Source: an uncultured Actinomycetes bacterium (GTDB taxonomy: Bacteria > Actinomycetota > Thermoleophilia > Gaiellales > F1-60-MAGs149). Taken from it: a stretch of DNA of 64,000 bases. Of this stretch, positions 1 through 8,852 are shown piece after piece. Each line of letters begins with the position of its first letter. Positions within the stretch are counted from its first letter, which is position 1. A model generated the notes under the pieces. The model worked only from the letters and a program-made list of their open reading frames with translations, did no database searches and was not told the DNA's origin. Location: positions 44,278 through 108,277 of the forward strand of contig CAVTAC010000011.1 of the NCBI GenBank assembly GCA_963732645.1, given 5' to 3'. The position numbers and the translations under genes were made by a program.

Positions 1-1348
1 GACCGCCGTACGGCATGTTGTCGACGCGGAAGCCTGGCGCCTCGTTGATCGTCACGGCAGCGAACGACAGCGCGTCGCTCGCCCGCAACGCGGCGGCGTA
101 GTCGGCGGTGAACACGCCCGCCTGCATGCCGAACTCGGTCGCATTGGCGAGCTGGATGCCGGTCTCGAGCGAGTCGATGCGGGCGAGGCCGACGACCGGG
201 CCGAAGACCTCGTCGGTCATGACCTGCGTTCCCTGCGCACAGTCCGTGAGCACCGTAGGCGGGAGGATCCCGTCGGCGCGCGCGGCGCCGCCCGCAACGA
301 GCTGCGCACCGCCGGCCCGAGCGTTCTCGATGACGCCGACCACGCGATCGCGTGCCTCGGGAGTGATCAGCGGCCCGACGCGAGTGTCCTCGTCCAGCGG
401 GTCGCCGACGCCGAGCGCCCCGGTGGCGTCGAGGAGGGCCTCCAGGAACCGGTCGTGGACGGCGTCCTGCACGTAGATCCGCTGCACGGAGATGCAGCTC
501 TGACCCGCGAAGTTGAACGCGAACGGCGCGAGCGCACTCGCAGCAGACTCGATGTCGGCATCGTCGAGGACGATCGCCGGGGTGGCACTCCCGAGCTCGA
601 GGAGCACGCGGCAGCGCGGCGCCGCGATCCGCTCGATCTCACGGCCGACGGCGACCGAGCCGGTGAAGGAGACGACCGCGACTCGCTCGTCGGCGACCAG
701 CCGCCGCACGACCGTGTCGGGCGGCCCGAGCACGACGCTCAACTGGCCCTCCGCGAGCCCGGCCTCCGCGAGCACCTCGGCAAGAGCGAACGCGGTCAGC
801 GGGGCGCGGTCGGCAGGCTTCAGGATCACGGGGCATCCCGTCGCGATCGCCGGCGCGACCTTGTGCGCGGCCAGGACGAGCGGGAAGTTGAAGGGCGTGA
901 TCGCCACGACGACTCCCGCGGGCAGGCGCCGTGTGAAGCCGATGTGGTGCGCGCCCGCCGGGTGGGCGTCGAATGCGATCGACTCGCCGGCGTACGTCCG
1001 GAGCTCGCTGGCGGCGAACGCGAACGTCTCCGCGGCCCGCTCGACCTCGGCTCGCCCGAGCGCGACCGGCTTCCCGATCTCACGCGCCATCGTGTCGGCG
1101 AGCTCGTGCTGCCGCGCGCGCAGGAGCTCCGCCGCCCGCTCGAGCACGCGGGCTCGCGCATGCGCCGACCGCTGGTCGCCCAGCGCCGCGTGCGCGACCT
1201 CGAGCGCACGGGCGGCATGGCCTTCATCGCCGTACCCGACGCGCGCGACGACCTCGCCGTCGTACGGGGACGTGACGATCAGCTCGCCGTCGGTCCCGAC
1301 GGCACGGCCGCCGATCAGGAGCGGCTGACAGGTGTCGGCGGTGCTCAC
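1..1348 (-). CDS. Aldehyde dehydrogenase family protein (3' end runs off the window edge)
   Basis: Manual minus-strand translation from GTG 1348 gives ITPFNFP, LKPA, SFTGS, LELGS, catalytic AGQSCIS, EVFGP and MPYGG motifs. Missing from the ORF track because the stop is outside the window. Confidence 0.93.
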   Translation of the reverse strand, partial: MSTADTCQPLLIGGRAVGTDGELIVTSPYDGEVVARVGYGDEGHAARALEVAHAALGDQRSAHARARVLERAAELLRARQHELADTMAREIGKPVALGRAEVERAAETFAFAASELRTYAGESIAFDAHPAGAHHIGFTRRLPAGVVVAITPFNFPLVLAAHKVAPAIATGCPVILKPADRAPLTAFALAEVLAEAGLAEGQLSVVLGPPDTVVRRLVADERVAVVSFTGSVAVGREIERIAAPRCRVLLELGSATPAIVLDDADIESAASALAPFAFNFAGQSCISVQRIYVQDAVHDRFLEALLDATGALGVGDPLDEDTRVGPLITPEARDRVVGVIENARAGGAQLVAGGAARADGILPPTVLTDCAQGTQVMTDEVFGPVVGLARIDSLETGIQLANATEFGMQAGVFTADYAAALRASDALSFAAVTINEAPGFRVDNMPYGG

Positions 1349-1455
1349 CGGGATCGGCTCGCGAGTCGCTCTGCGCTTCTGCTCATAGCTAATAGATAGC
1401 ATGTTTGACGCGGGCGATGCAAGTACGATCTGCGCACCTGAGATGGGGGTTCGAG

Positions 1456-2778
1456 ATGAGCGCGGGCACGGAGCAGCGGGTGCTGGATGCGATCGAAGCC
1501 GGCCGCGACGAGCTCGTCGCCCTGGTCACGCGTCTCGTCGCCTTCGACACGACGGCACGCGACGAGGAGGACCCGCCGCGCGACGAGGCCGCGCTGCAGC
1601 GGTTCCTGGGCGACCGGCTGGCGGCGGCCGGCGCTGCGGTCGACATCTGGGAGCCGGACCCGGCTGCCGTTGCTGCTGTTGGGCCGATCCCGCCCGGGCT
1701 GGACTTCGTCGGCCGGCCCCAGCTCGCCGCGACCTTCCCGGGCGCCGGCAGCGGGCGGTCGCTCATCCTCAACGGCCACATCGACGTCGTCACGCCCGAG
1801 CCGATCGACCGTTGGACGAGCGACCCGTGGCAGGCCGAGGTTCGGGACGGGATCCTCTACGGCCGCGGCGTCTTCGACATGAAGGGCGGCGTGGCGGCGA
1901 TGACGTACGCGGCGGAGACGCTGGCGCGCCTCGGAATCCGCCTCGACGGCGACCTGATCGTCAACACCAACACCGACGAGGAGTCCTCCGGTGCGGGCTC
2001 GCTCGCCTGCGTGGAGCACGGCATCCGCGCCGACGCCGGCATCTGCACCGAACCGACCAGGGGCGAGGTCTGGGTGTGCACGCGCGGCTCGCAGTCGGTG
2101 ACCATCACGGTGGAGGGGCGAGCCGGGCACGCCGAGGTGCCGCACCCGCCGTGGCGCGACGGCGGGGCCGTGAGCGCGATCGACGCCGCCGACCCGATCC
2201 TCGAGGCGATCCGCCGGCTCCGCGCCGACTGGCTGACCCGCACCGATCGCGCCCACCGCTACCTCTCGCCCGGGACGATCCTCACCACCATGATCGCGGG
2301 CGGCGAGTGGTTCGTGTCCTACCCCGCCTCGTGCCGCCTGAGCGTGAACATCCTCTACCTGCCGGCCTCCGTCGACGAGGAGGGGCGCGGCGCGAACATC
2401 CGGCGCGAGGTGGAGGACTGGGTGCTCGCGGCCGCCGCGACCGACCCCTGGCTCGTCGAGCATCCGCCGACGTTCGAGTGGGGTCCCGACCTCGGGCCGT
2501 TCGACATCGGCGACGACCATCCGATCGTCGAGACCGTCCGCGACGCCGCGCGTGCGACGGGCCGCGAGCTGACGCTCGGCGGGCTCGACTCCTGGTTCGA
2601 CGCCGCCTCGTTCAACCAGTCGGGCGCGGCGACGATGGTCGGCTACGGGCCGAGCACGCCGGGCTTCGCCGGCAACGCCCATGCCGTCGACGAGTGCGTG
2701 GCCGTCGACGACCTGGTCGCGTGCGCCCAGACGCTCGCGATCGCCGCGATGCGCTGGTGCGGCGTGTCCGGGCGGTGA
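1456..2778 (+). CDS. M20 family metallopeptidase / ArgE-DapE-type deacylase
   Basis: LNGHIDVV, YGRGVFDMKGG, DEE, EPT and C-terminal AHAVDE metal-binding motifs. Confidence 0.92.
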   Translation: MSAGTEQRVLDAIEAGRDELVALVTRLVAFDTTARDEEDPPRDEAALQRFLGDRLAAAGAAVDIWEPDPAAVAAVGPIPPGLDFVGRPQLAATFPGAGSGRSLILNGHIDVVTPEPIDRWTSDPWQAEVRDGILYGRGVFDMKGGVAAMTYAAETLARLGIRLDGDLIVNTNTDEESSGAGSLACVEHGIRADAGICTEPTRGEVWVCTRGSQSVTITVEGRAGHAEVPHPPWRDGGAVSAIDAADPILEAIRRLRADWLTRTDRAHRYLSPGTILTTMIAGGEWFVSYPASCRLSVNILYLPASVDEEGRGANIRREVEDWVLAAAATDPWLVEHPPTFEWGPDLGPFDIGDDHPIVETVRDAARATGRELTLGGLDSWFDAASFNQSGAATMVGYGPSTPGFAGNAHAVDECVAVDDLVACAQTLAIAAMRWCGVSGR

Positions 2779-2823
2779 TTGCCCACGGGGTGGGACCGAC
2801 GCGCGAGCGTCCTCGAGGATCGG

Positions 2824-2937
2824 CTACCGCGCGGCCCGGACGATGACGACGCCGAGACTCACCCGCACGTGTTCCCGGTGCGAGATCGGCATCACCTCGA
2901 GACGCTCGCGCAGGTGCTCGAGCTGCTCACGGGTCAT
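2824..2937 (-). pseudogene. 37-codon remnant of a putative DUF6036-like nucleotidyltransferase toxin
   Basis: ATG overlaps the upstream stop (ATGA). MTREQLEHL resembles the N-terminus of DUF6036-type proteins from memory, but the catalytic core is absent. Confidence 0.55.
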
Positions 2938-3623
2938 GACGTCCCGCGAGCGATCTCGAGCACGCGTCGACGCTCCGGCTCGCTGAGAGATCCGGCGAAC
3001 GGCGACGACTGGCGCAAATCGGTCATCTGCTCGTCGTCGGCGACCATCGCGCGACGGATTTCCTCGAGCGGCTGGTCGAGCAACCGCGACCACCCGACCG
3101 CCCATCGCGGATCGATGCGGCCGTCACGCTCCCAACGCAGCAGCCGCCGCTTCGCATCGCTGACGGTCCGCCGGTCGAGGCGCCGCGCGACGGCACGGTG
3201 GTAGACGAGCGACTGGAACTCCGCGCGCCCGTGCCCAGCCGTCGCCTGACTGCGCGCCAGCAGCGCCGGCGTCAACCGGGCGGCGCGCGCGCGGCGGACG
3301 TCGAGCACCGCAGCCACCGGATGGCGGGCGTGCGGATGCTGACGCTGGTCGACCGCGATCGAGACAACCTCGCCGAGCGGAATTTCGTGCCGGCGTTCGG
3401 GCGTCTCGACAACAGCAATCGACTGGGCGGCAACGTGCCGGTCGAGGGCGGTCTGACTCACGCCCAGAACCCGCGCAGCCACCGCACGGCTGACGGTTGG
3501 ACCGATCAGTCGCTCGAGATCCTCCTGCACGTCGGCGACGGAGTCGTCGCCGCCCGCGAGCACGGAGAGACGCAGCGCGATGACGTTGCGCAGAAGTCGC
3601 TCCTCATCCACCTTCACGGGCAT
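2934..3623 (-). CDS. Putative HTH antitoxin with C-terminal LRQSSPFAG motif
   Basis: N-terminal excisionase-like HTH (VSRAVAARVLGVSQTAL). C-terminal SLVYHRAVA...W..LL...LRQSSPFAG domain is typical of genes upstream of DUF6036 nucleotidyltransferases. Confidence 0.65.
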   Translation of the reverse strand: MPVKVDEERLLRNVIALRLSVLAGGDDSVADVQEDLERLIGPTVSRAVAARVLGVSQTALDRHVAAQSIAVVETPERRHEIPLGEVVSIAVDQRQHPHARHPVAAVLDVRRARAARLTPALLARSQATAGHGRAEFQSLVYHRAVARRLDRRTVSDAKRRLLRWERDGRIDPRWAVGWSRLLDQPLEEIRRAMVADDEQMTDLRQSSPFAGSLSEPERRRVLEIARGTS

Positions 3624-3638
3624 ATCAGGAGTCTATCT

Positions 3639-3672
3639 GATGTTGAGTAAAATGACACTATTTTTCAACATC
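3639..3672. promoter_or_regulatory. AT-rich inverted repeat GATGTTGA-N18-TCAACATC, candidate operator
   Basis: Perfect 8-bp arms with further partial symmetry (AAAAT/ATTTT), directly upstream of the antitoxin-like gene. Confidence 0.5.
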
Positions 3673-3778
3673 CCACGTCGACGAGTGCGCGGCCATCGAC
3701 GATCTGGTCGACTGCGCGCCCCGTCGCGTAACGCACCGAGGTCGGAAGACGCCGCGCGGCGGCGACGTTCTCGTACCC

Positions 3779-5101
3779 GTGACGGTGCACCGCAGTGTGA
3801 ACTCGCCCCAGGCGCACTTCGCGGTCTTCCTCACGCCCGACGGCTACCACGAGTCGGGCTGGAAGCTCGGCGAGCACGACGCGCTCCAGTCCGTCACCAT
3901 CGAGAGCTTCGCGCGCACCACGGCCCTCGCCGAGCGCGGCCTGCTCGACGCGGTGTTCCTCGCCGACCGGCCGGTGCTGCCGGTATTCCGGGCCGCGTTC
4001 TTCCCGCAGGTCTGGTACGACCCGATCGTCATCCTCACGGCGCTCGGGATGACGAGTCGCCGGATCGGGCTGGTCGGCACCGCGACGACGACGTACAACG
4101 CTCCGTACGACCTCGCCCGGCGCCTCTCGACCGCCGACCACGCCACCGGTGGGCGGATCGGCTGGAACGTCGTCACGACGCACGACCGCGACGCGGCCCG
4201 CAACTTCGGGCTGGACGAGCATCCCGAGCACGACGATCGCTACGCGCGGGCATCCGAGTTCGTCGATGTCGCCCGCCGCCTGTGGGACAGCTGGGACGAC
4301 GACGCGATCGTGGCCGACCGCGGCAGCGGTGTCTGGGCCGACCTCGACCGGATCCACCCGGCCGAGTTCCACGGTCGCTACTACGACGTCGCCGGCGCGC
4401 TGCCGGTACCGCGATCGCCGCAGGGCCATCCGGTGCTGGCGCAGGCCGGGTCCTCGCCCGCCGGCATCGCCCTCGCCGGGCGCATCGCCGACATGATCTT
4501 CACGCCGCAGCAGAGCATCGAGGCCGCGCTCGCGTTCCGGGAGCGCATCGGCGCCGTCGCCGTCGAGCACGGCCGTCGGCCGGACGAGATCCGGATCCTT
4601 CCCGGCCTGGCGTTCGAGCTGGGCCGGACCGAGCAGGAGGCGGCGGAGCGGCGCGGCCGGCTGGAGGAATCCGCCGACCCGGAGCTCCGCTGGCGCAACC
4701 TGGCCCATAACGCCGGCCTCGATCCCGACCGCATCGACCCGGCGAAGCCGCTTAAGGCCGACGTGGCGGCGACCGCCGAGGGCTCGACGTTCGCGCAGTT
4801 CATCGTCGGCCAGGCGCTCGAGACGCAGCTGCCGTTTCGGCAGCTCGCACAGACGCTCACCGGCCTGCCGGGCGGCCTGGAGTTCACGGGCACGTCCGAG
4901 CAGCTCGCCGACCTGATCGAGGCCTGGGTGCGGAGCGGCGCCTGCGACGGGTTCACGCTGCAGCCGGCGACCCTGCCGTGGTCGCTGCAGCTGTTCGTCG
5001 ACGAAGTCGTACCGATCCTCCAGCGCCGCGGACTGCATCGGCGCGAGTACACCGGCGTGACGCTCCGCGACCACCTCGGGCTGGCGCGGCCGAATCTCTG
5101 A
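3779..5101 (+). CDS. NtaA/DmoA-family FMN-dependent monooxygenase (LLM class)
   Basis: AERGLLDAVFLAD, TATTTYNAPYDLAR, GRIGWNVVT, PRSPQGHPVLAQAGSS, TLRDHLGL motifs. Confidence 0.93.
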   Translation: MTVHRSVNSPQAHFAVFLTPDGYHESGWKLGEHDALQSVTIESFARTTALAERGLLDAVFLADRPVLPVFRAAFFPQVWYDPIVILTALGMTSRRIGLVGTATTTYNAPYDLARRLSTADHATGGRIGWNVVTTHDRDAARNFGLDEHPEHDDRYARASEFVDVARRLWDSWDDDAIVADRGSGVWADLDRIHPAEFHGRYYDVAGALPVPRSPQGHPVLAQAGSSPAGIALAGRIADMIFTPQQSIEAALAFRERIGAVAVEHGRRPDEIRILPGLAFELGRTEQEAAERRGRLEESADPELRWRNLAHNAGLDPDRIDPAKPLKADVAATAEGSTFAQFIVGQALETQLPFRQLAQTLTGLPGGLEFTGTSEQLADLIEAWVRSGACDGFTLQPATLPWSLQLFVDEVVPILQRRGLHRREYTGVTLRDHLGLARPNL

Positions 5102-5191
5102 GCGGCCGCCCGCGCCGCCCGCTCGACTCATTCGACGTTCGCGGGTCGCAAGCTCCGCGAAACCGGCGTAGCCTTCCGGCAGGAGGTTCCG

Positions 5192-6130
5192 ATGACCCAC
5201 CGTGAGGCGCTGCCCCAGCTCGGTGACGGCCTGTTCCTGACCGACGCCGGCGTCGAGACGGTACTGATCTTCGAGCACGGCTTCGATCTGCCCTGCTTCG
5301 CGACCTTCCCATTGCTCGAGTCCGAATCCGGCGCCGCCGCCATCCGCAGCTACCTCCAGCCCTACCTCGATCTGGCCCGTGAGAGCGACTCGGGGTTCAT
5401 GCTCGACACGATGACGTGGCGCGCGAACCGCGACTGGGGTGCGCGGATCGGCTACGACGAGCCCGCCCTCGACGCGGCCAACCGCCGGAGCGTGGCCTTC
5501 ATGGAAGAGGTCCGCGAAGCGGCCCAGCCATCGTCTCGGCCGCTCGTGATCAACGCGCTGATCGGACCCCGCGACGACGCCTACGCGCCCGCCAGCATCA
5601 TGTCCGCTGACGAGGCGACCGTCTACCACAGTACCCAACTGCGGACACTCGCCGACACCGCAGCAGACCTCGCGACCGCCATGACCCTGACGTACGCGGC
5701 CGAGGCGATCGGGATCGTCCGCGCCGCTGACCGGGCCGGACTGCCGAGTGCGATCTCCTTCACGGTGGAGACCGACGGGCGCCTGCCCAGCGGCCAAACG
5801 CTCCGGGCGGCGATCGAGCAGGTCGACGACGAGACCGACGGGGTCTGCTCCTACTACATGATCAACTGCGCCCACCCAACCCACGTCGCACCAGCCCTCG
5901 GTGACGACGGCCCGTGGCTTGCGCGGATCCGGGGGCTTCGCCCCAACGCCTCAACCCTCAGCCACGCCGAACTCAACGACGCGACCGACATCGACGCCGG
6001 CGACCCGGCGGATCTCGCCACTCGCACCGCGGCGCTCCGTCCGAAGCTACCGAACCTGACGATCGCCGGCGGCTGCTGCGGAACAGATATCCGCCACGTT
6101 CGAGCGATCAGCCAGGCGTGGCTCACGTAG
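5192..6130 (+). CDS. Homocysteine S-methyltransferase family protein
   Basis: LTDAGVET, INCAHPTH and GGCCGTD zinc-binding motifs; AGGAGG RBS. Confidence 0.9.
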   Translation: MTHREALPQLGDGLFLTDAGVETVLIFEHGFDLPCFATFPLLESESGAAAIRSYLQPYLDLARESDSGFMLDTMTWRANRDWGARIGYDEPALDAANRRSVAFMEEVREAAQPSSRPLVINALIGPRDDAYAPASIMSADEATVYHSTQLRTLADTAADLATAMTLTYAAEAIGIVRAADRAGLPSAISFTVETDGRLPSGQTLRAAIEQVDDETDGVCSYYMINCAHPTHVAPALGDDGPWLARIRGLRPNASTLSHAELNDATDIDAGDPADLATRTAALRPKLPNLTIAGGCCGTDIRHVRAISQAWLT

Positions 6131-6205
6131 CCGCGCTCGACTCGACGAACGCGAGGCCCACCGCGTTGGGCAGACGGCATCGGCAGTTCGCCGCCCGCGG
6201 CCGAG

Positions 6206-7198
6206 CTAGTCGCTGTTGAGTTCGCGGTCCAGGCCGAGGCGATCGAAGAGTTCAGGATCCCGGGGGAACCCGGTGATGCTTGCGATCCTGTCGCCCTCGA
6301 TTGCGAACACCATCACGCCGTAGGCTCGGCGGACACCCTCACCTTGTTCGTCGGCGTAGGCCGCGAGAGCCGGCTGGCCGTTGGCGCGAGCGGCGACGAG
6401 CGGGATCTGATCGAGGCGCCCGTCGAGCGGGACGCTCGCGAAGAACGCGCCGATGGCGTGGCTGCCGGTGAACCTGAGCGCCTCGGGTGGCATCGTCAGC
6501 AGCGCATCGTCGGCGAGCAGCGCGACGATCCCGTCGATGTCCACCGCCGCCCAGGCATCCTGGAACTGGCGCATGACGCGTGACTCCGTGGCGCGGTCGG
6601 CCGGATCGTTGACCCGCGCGAGCGTCGGGTCGGCGCGCTCCCGCTCAAGGGTCGCGCGTCCCCGCTGAAGGGCGCTGTTGACGGCGGGAACGCTGGTCTC
6701 GAGCAGCTCGGCCACGTCGCGCGCCGACCACTCGAGGACGTCGCGCAGCACGACCACGACTCGTTGCCGCGGCGGGAGGAGCTGGATCGCGGCGACGAAC
6801 GCGAGCCCGACGCTCTCGCGCTCCTCCGCTGCGACATCCGGTCCCTGCGCCCGCGCAGGTATCTGATCCAGCAGGCCGTCCGGGTACGGCTCCAGATGAG
6901 CATCGGGCGCCGCCGCCGGCTCGCGTCGCCGCTGCTCGAGCTGACGCAGGCAGACGTTGGTCGCGATCCGGTAGAACCAGGGGGACAGCGACCCCCGCGG
7001 CTCGAACCGGGCTATCCCGCGCCACGCGCGCAGCATGGTCTCCTGCAGCGCGTCGTCTGCATCGTGGAGCGAGCCCAGCAGGCGGTAGCAGTGACGGTGC
7101 AGCGGCTGCCGGAGCGGGCCGGTCAGCTGCACGAACGCCTGCTCGTCACCGCCCCGTGCGGCGACGAGCACGGCGTCAGGACGCGCGCTGCTCGTCAC
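6206..7198 (-). CDS. ECF sigma factor, SigG type with C-terminal SnoaL-like domain
   Basis: HCYRLLGSLHDADDALQET, LAFVAAIQLLPPRQR, SVPAVNSALQR, MPP and ANGQPA motifs. Confidence 0.9.
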   Translation of the reverse strand: MTSSARPDAVLVAARGGDEQAFVQLTGPLRQPLHRHCYRLLGSLHDADDALQETMLRAWRGIARFEPRGSLSPWFYRIATNVCLRQLEQRRREPAAAPDAHLEPYPDGLLDQIPARAQGPDVAAEERESVGLAFVAAIQLLPPRQRVVVVLRDVLEWSARDVAELLETSVPAVNSALQRGRATLERERADPTLARVNDPADRATESRVMRQFQDAWAAVDIDGIVALLADDALLTMPPEALRFTGSHAIGAFFASVPLDGRLDQIPLVAARANGQPALAAYADEQGEGVRRAYGVMVFAIEGDRIASITGFPRDPELFDRLGLDRELNSD

Positions 7199-7201
7199 GC
7201 G

Positions 7202-7615
7202 TCACCCATCGCTCGCCGGCACGGGCCATGGCCCGCCGATCTCCGTCCACGCCGAGGCCCTGAACGCCCCCGGCACCCCGCCCAGCGCGACGAATTGGAT
7301 CCCGTCATCACCCGGGGCGATCCGCCGTCGCTGCTCGGGCCCGACGCGCGCCATCATCCCCGGACGCAGTTCGAACACGTCGTCGTCCGCGTACAGGAGC
7401 CCGGATCCGGCGAGCGGGATGTAGACCTCCTCCTGGTTTGCGTCGTCCACCGAAGCGTCATGCCGGTGGTTCGGATACCCGTCCCAGTTGGCCGGCAGCG
7501 ACATCACCTGCATCCCCCACGAGGTGACGCCGAGCGACGCCCGCGCTCGCCGCGCGATACCGTCGTAGATCGGCTCCATCTCGTCGAACGCCAGCACCGT
7601 CACGTCGCTCATCAT
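7202..7615 (-). CDS. Cupin-like protein
   Basis: HRH...QEEVY...GSG...ELRPG cupin pattern; GGAGGAGG RBS; 3 bp from the sigG-like gene. Confidence 0.75.
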   Translation of the reverse strand: MMSDVTVLAFDEMEPIYDGIARRARASLGVTSWGMQVMSLPANWDGYPNHRHDASVDDANQEEVYIPLAGSGLLYADDDVFELRPGMMARVGPEQRRRIAPGDDGIQFVALGGVPGAFRASAWTEIGGPWPVPASDG

Positions 7616-7676
7616 GCCTCCTCCAGTACGCGGCCCCAACGAGGCCGACACACACATCAATCCGCGGCGAACCTCG

Positions 7677-7687
7677 AACTCATCGGT
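7677..7687 (-). promoter_or_regulatory. Candidate SigG-type -35 element (ACCGATGAGTT)
   Basis: Contains the CGATGA -35 core reported for mycobacterial SigG, upstream of the cupin-sigG operon; -10 match is weak. Confidence 0.4.
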
Positions 7688-7743
7688 TGCTCGCAACACC
7701 GGGCCGGATCGGGCATCCTCCGATTCGACCTGGGAGGCCAAGG

Positions 7744-8076
7744 GTGGCGTTCGACGATGAGCTGGCAGGGCGGGTGCGCCGAGTCCTCGCCGAAGAACCC
7801 GTCGTGGTGGAGAAGCGGATGTTCGGCGGGCTCGCATTCATGGTGGACGGCCACATGGCGTGCGGGATCGTCGGCGACCAGTTGATGATCCGGCTCGGAA
7901 ACGATGGCGTCGAGCGGGCGCTGAAGGAGCCCCACGTGCGCCCGATGGATTTCACCGGCCGCCCGCTGCACAGCATGGCCTTCGTGTCCGCAGAGGGAGT
8001 TCGCGACGACGCCGCACTCGCCGCCTGGGTCGACCGGACGATCGCGTTCATCCGAACGCTGCCGCCGAAACCCTGA
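7744..8076 (+). CDS. TfoX/Sxy N-terminal domain protein
   Basis: EKRMFGGLAFMVDGHM and RPMDFTGRP motifs; GGAGG RBS. Confidence 0.88.
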   Translation: MAFDDELAGRVRRVLAEEPVVVEKRMFGGLAFMVDGHMACGIVGDQLMIRLGNDGVERALKEPHVRPMDFTGRPLHSMAFVSAEGVRDDAALAAWVDRTIAFIRTLPPKP

Positions 8077-8124
8077 CGCGGCGCCGCGCCCCTTCACCGA
8101 CGCCGGACTCGACGCCGCGTACCC

Positions 8125-8415
8125 GTGAGCACCTTCGACTTCACCGCCAAACTGCGGATCCACAGCGAGATGCCAGGCGCCTGGTACTTCGTGACGCTCC
8201 CCCTCTCCGCTGCCGACGAGATCCGCGCGTTCAACGAACGGCGCGGCTTCGGCTCCGTCCGCGTCCGCGCCACGATCGGTGCCTCGACCTGGGACACCAG
8301 CGTCTTCCCCGACACCACGACCGGGTCCTTCCTGTTGCCCGTCAAGGCCGCCATCCGCGACCAGCAGAACATCGACGACGGCGACCTCGTCGCCGTGACG
8401 ATCACCACGCGGTAG
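8125..8415 (+). CDS. DUF1905 domain protein
   Basis: WYFVTLP...RGFGSVRVRATIG..W.TSVFP...LLPVKAAIR pattern. Confidence 0.85.
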   Translation: MSTFDFTAKLRIHSEMPGAWYFVTLPLSAADEIRAFNERRGFGSVRVRATIGASTWDTSVFPDTTTGSFLLPVKAAIRDQQNIDDGDLVAVTITTR

Positions 8416-8469
8416 CTCGGGCAGAGGCAGGTGAAAAGCACCGCCACCCGTCACCCAAGCTTCTGCGCT

Positions 8470-8512
8470 ATATTAACTTAGATGTTTAGAAGATTGAAAG
8501 ATCGCTAAGTAG
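8470..8512 (+). promoter_or_regulatory. AT-rich promoter/operator region of the ArsR-hyf operon
   Basis: Sharp AT-rich patch with ACTTAG-N23-CTAAGT inverted repeat immediately before the ArsR start. Confidence 0.4.
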
Positions 8513-8516
8513 TCCG

Positions 8517-8852
8517 ATGCCCCATCGAGCAGGTCCGCTGTACGCCGCGAAGTCCGAGTTCTTCCGGACGCTCGGGCACCCCGCGAGGGTGCGAATCCTC
8601 GAGCTGCTGCGCGACGGCGAGCGCTCTGTCGGTGCCCTCCAGGCGGAGCTCGACCTCGATTCCGGCGGCACGTCGCAACAGCTCGCCGCACTGCGCCGGA
8701 TCGGCCTTGTCGAGGGGCGCCGCGACGGCACCACCGTCTACTACCGCGTCACCGACGCCGAGGTGTTCGCCCTGCTCGAGGTCGCCCGGGGGATCCTCGG
8801 CCGCGGCGCCGAGGCGCGCCGCGCGTTGCTCGACGAGCTGACAGGCGAGTGA
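8517..8852 (+). CDS. ArsR/SmtB family regulator, Rv0081-like
   Basis: PLY..KSEFFRTLGHPARVRILELL..GERSVG...SQQLAALRR matches the Rv0081 pattern; heads the operon. Confidence 0.9.
   Translation: MPHRAGPLYAAKSEFFRTLGHPARVRILELLRDGERSVGALQAELDLDSGGTSQQLAALRRIGLVEGRRDGTTVYYRVTDAEVFALLEVARGILGRGAEARRALLDELTGE

Noticed and set aside
5101..5191. Possible SAM/SAH riboswitch upstream of the homocysteine methyltransferase
   Set aside because: Only one hairpin (5138-5161), no recognisable aptamer consensus, and a TAGCCT -10 lies downstream of it, so it is probably outside the transcript. An Rfam scan would settle it.
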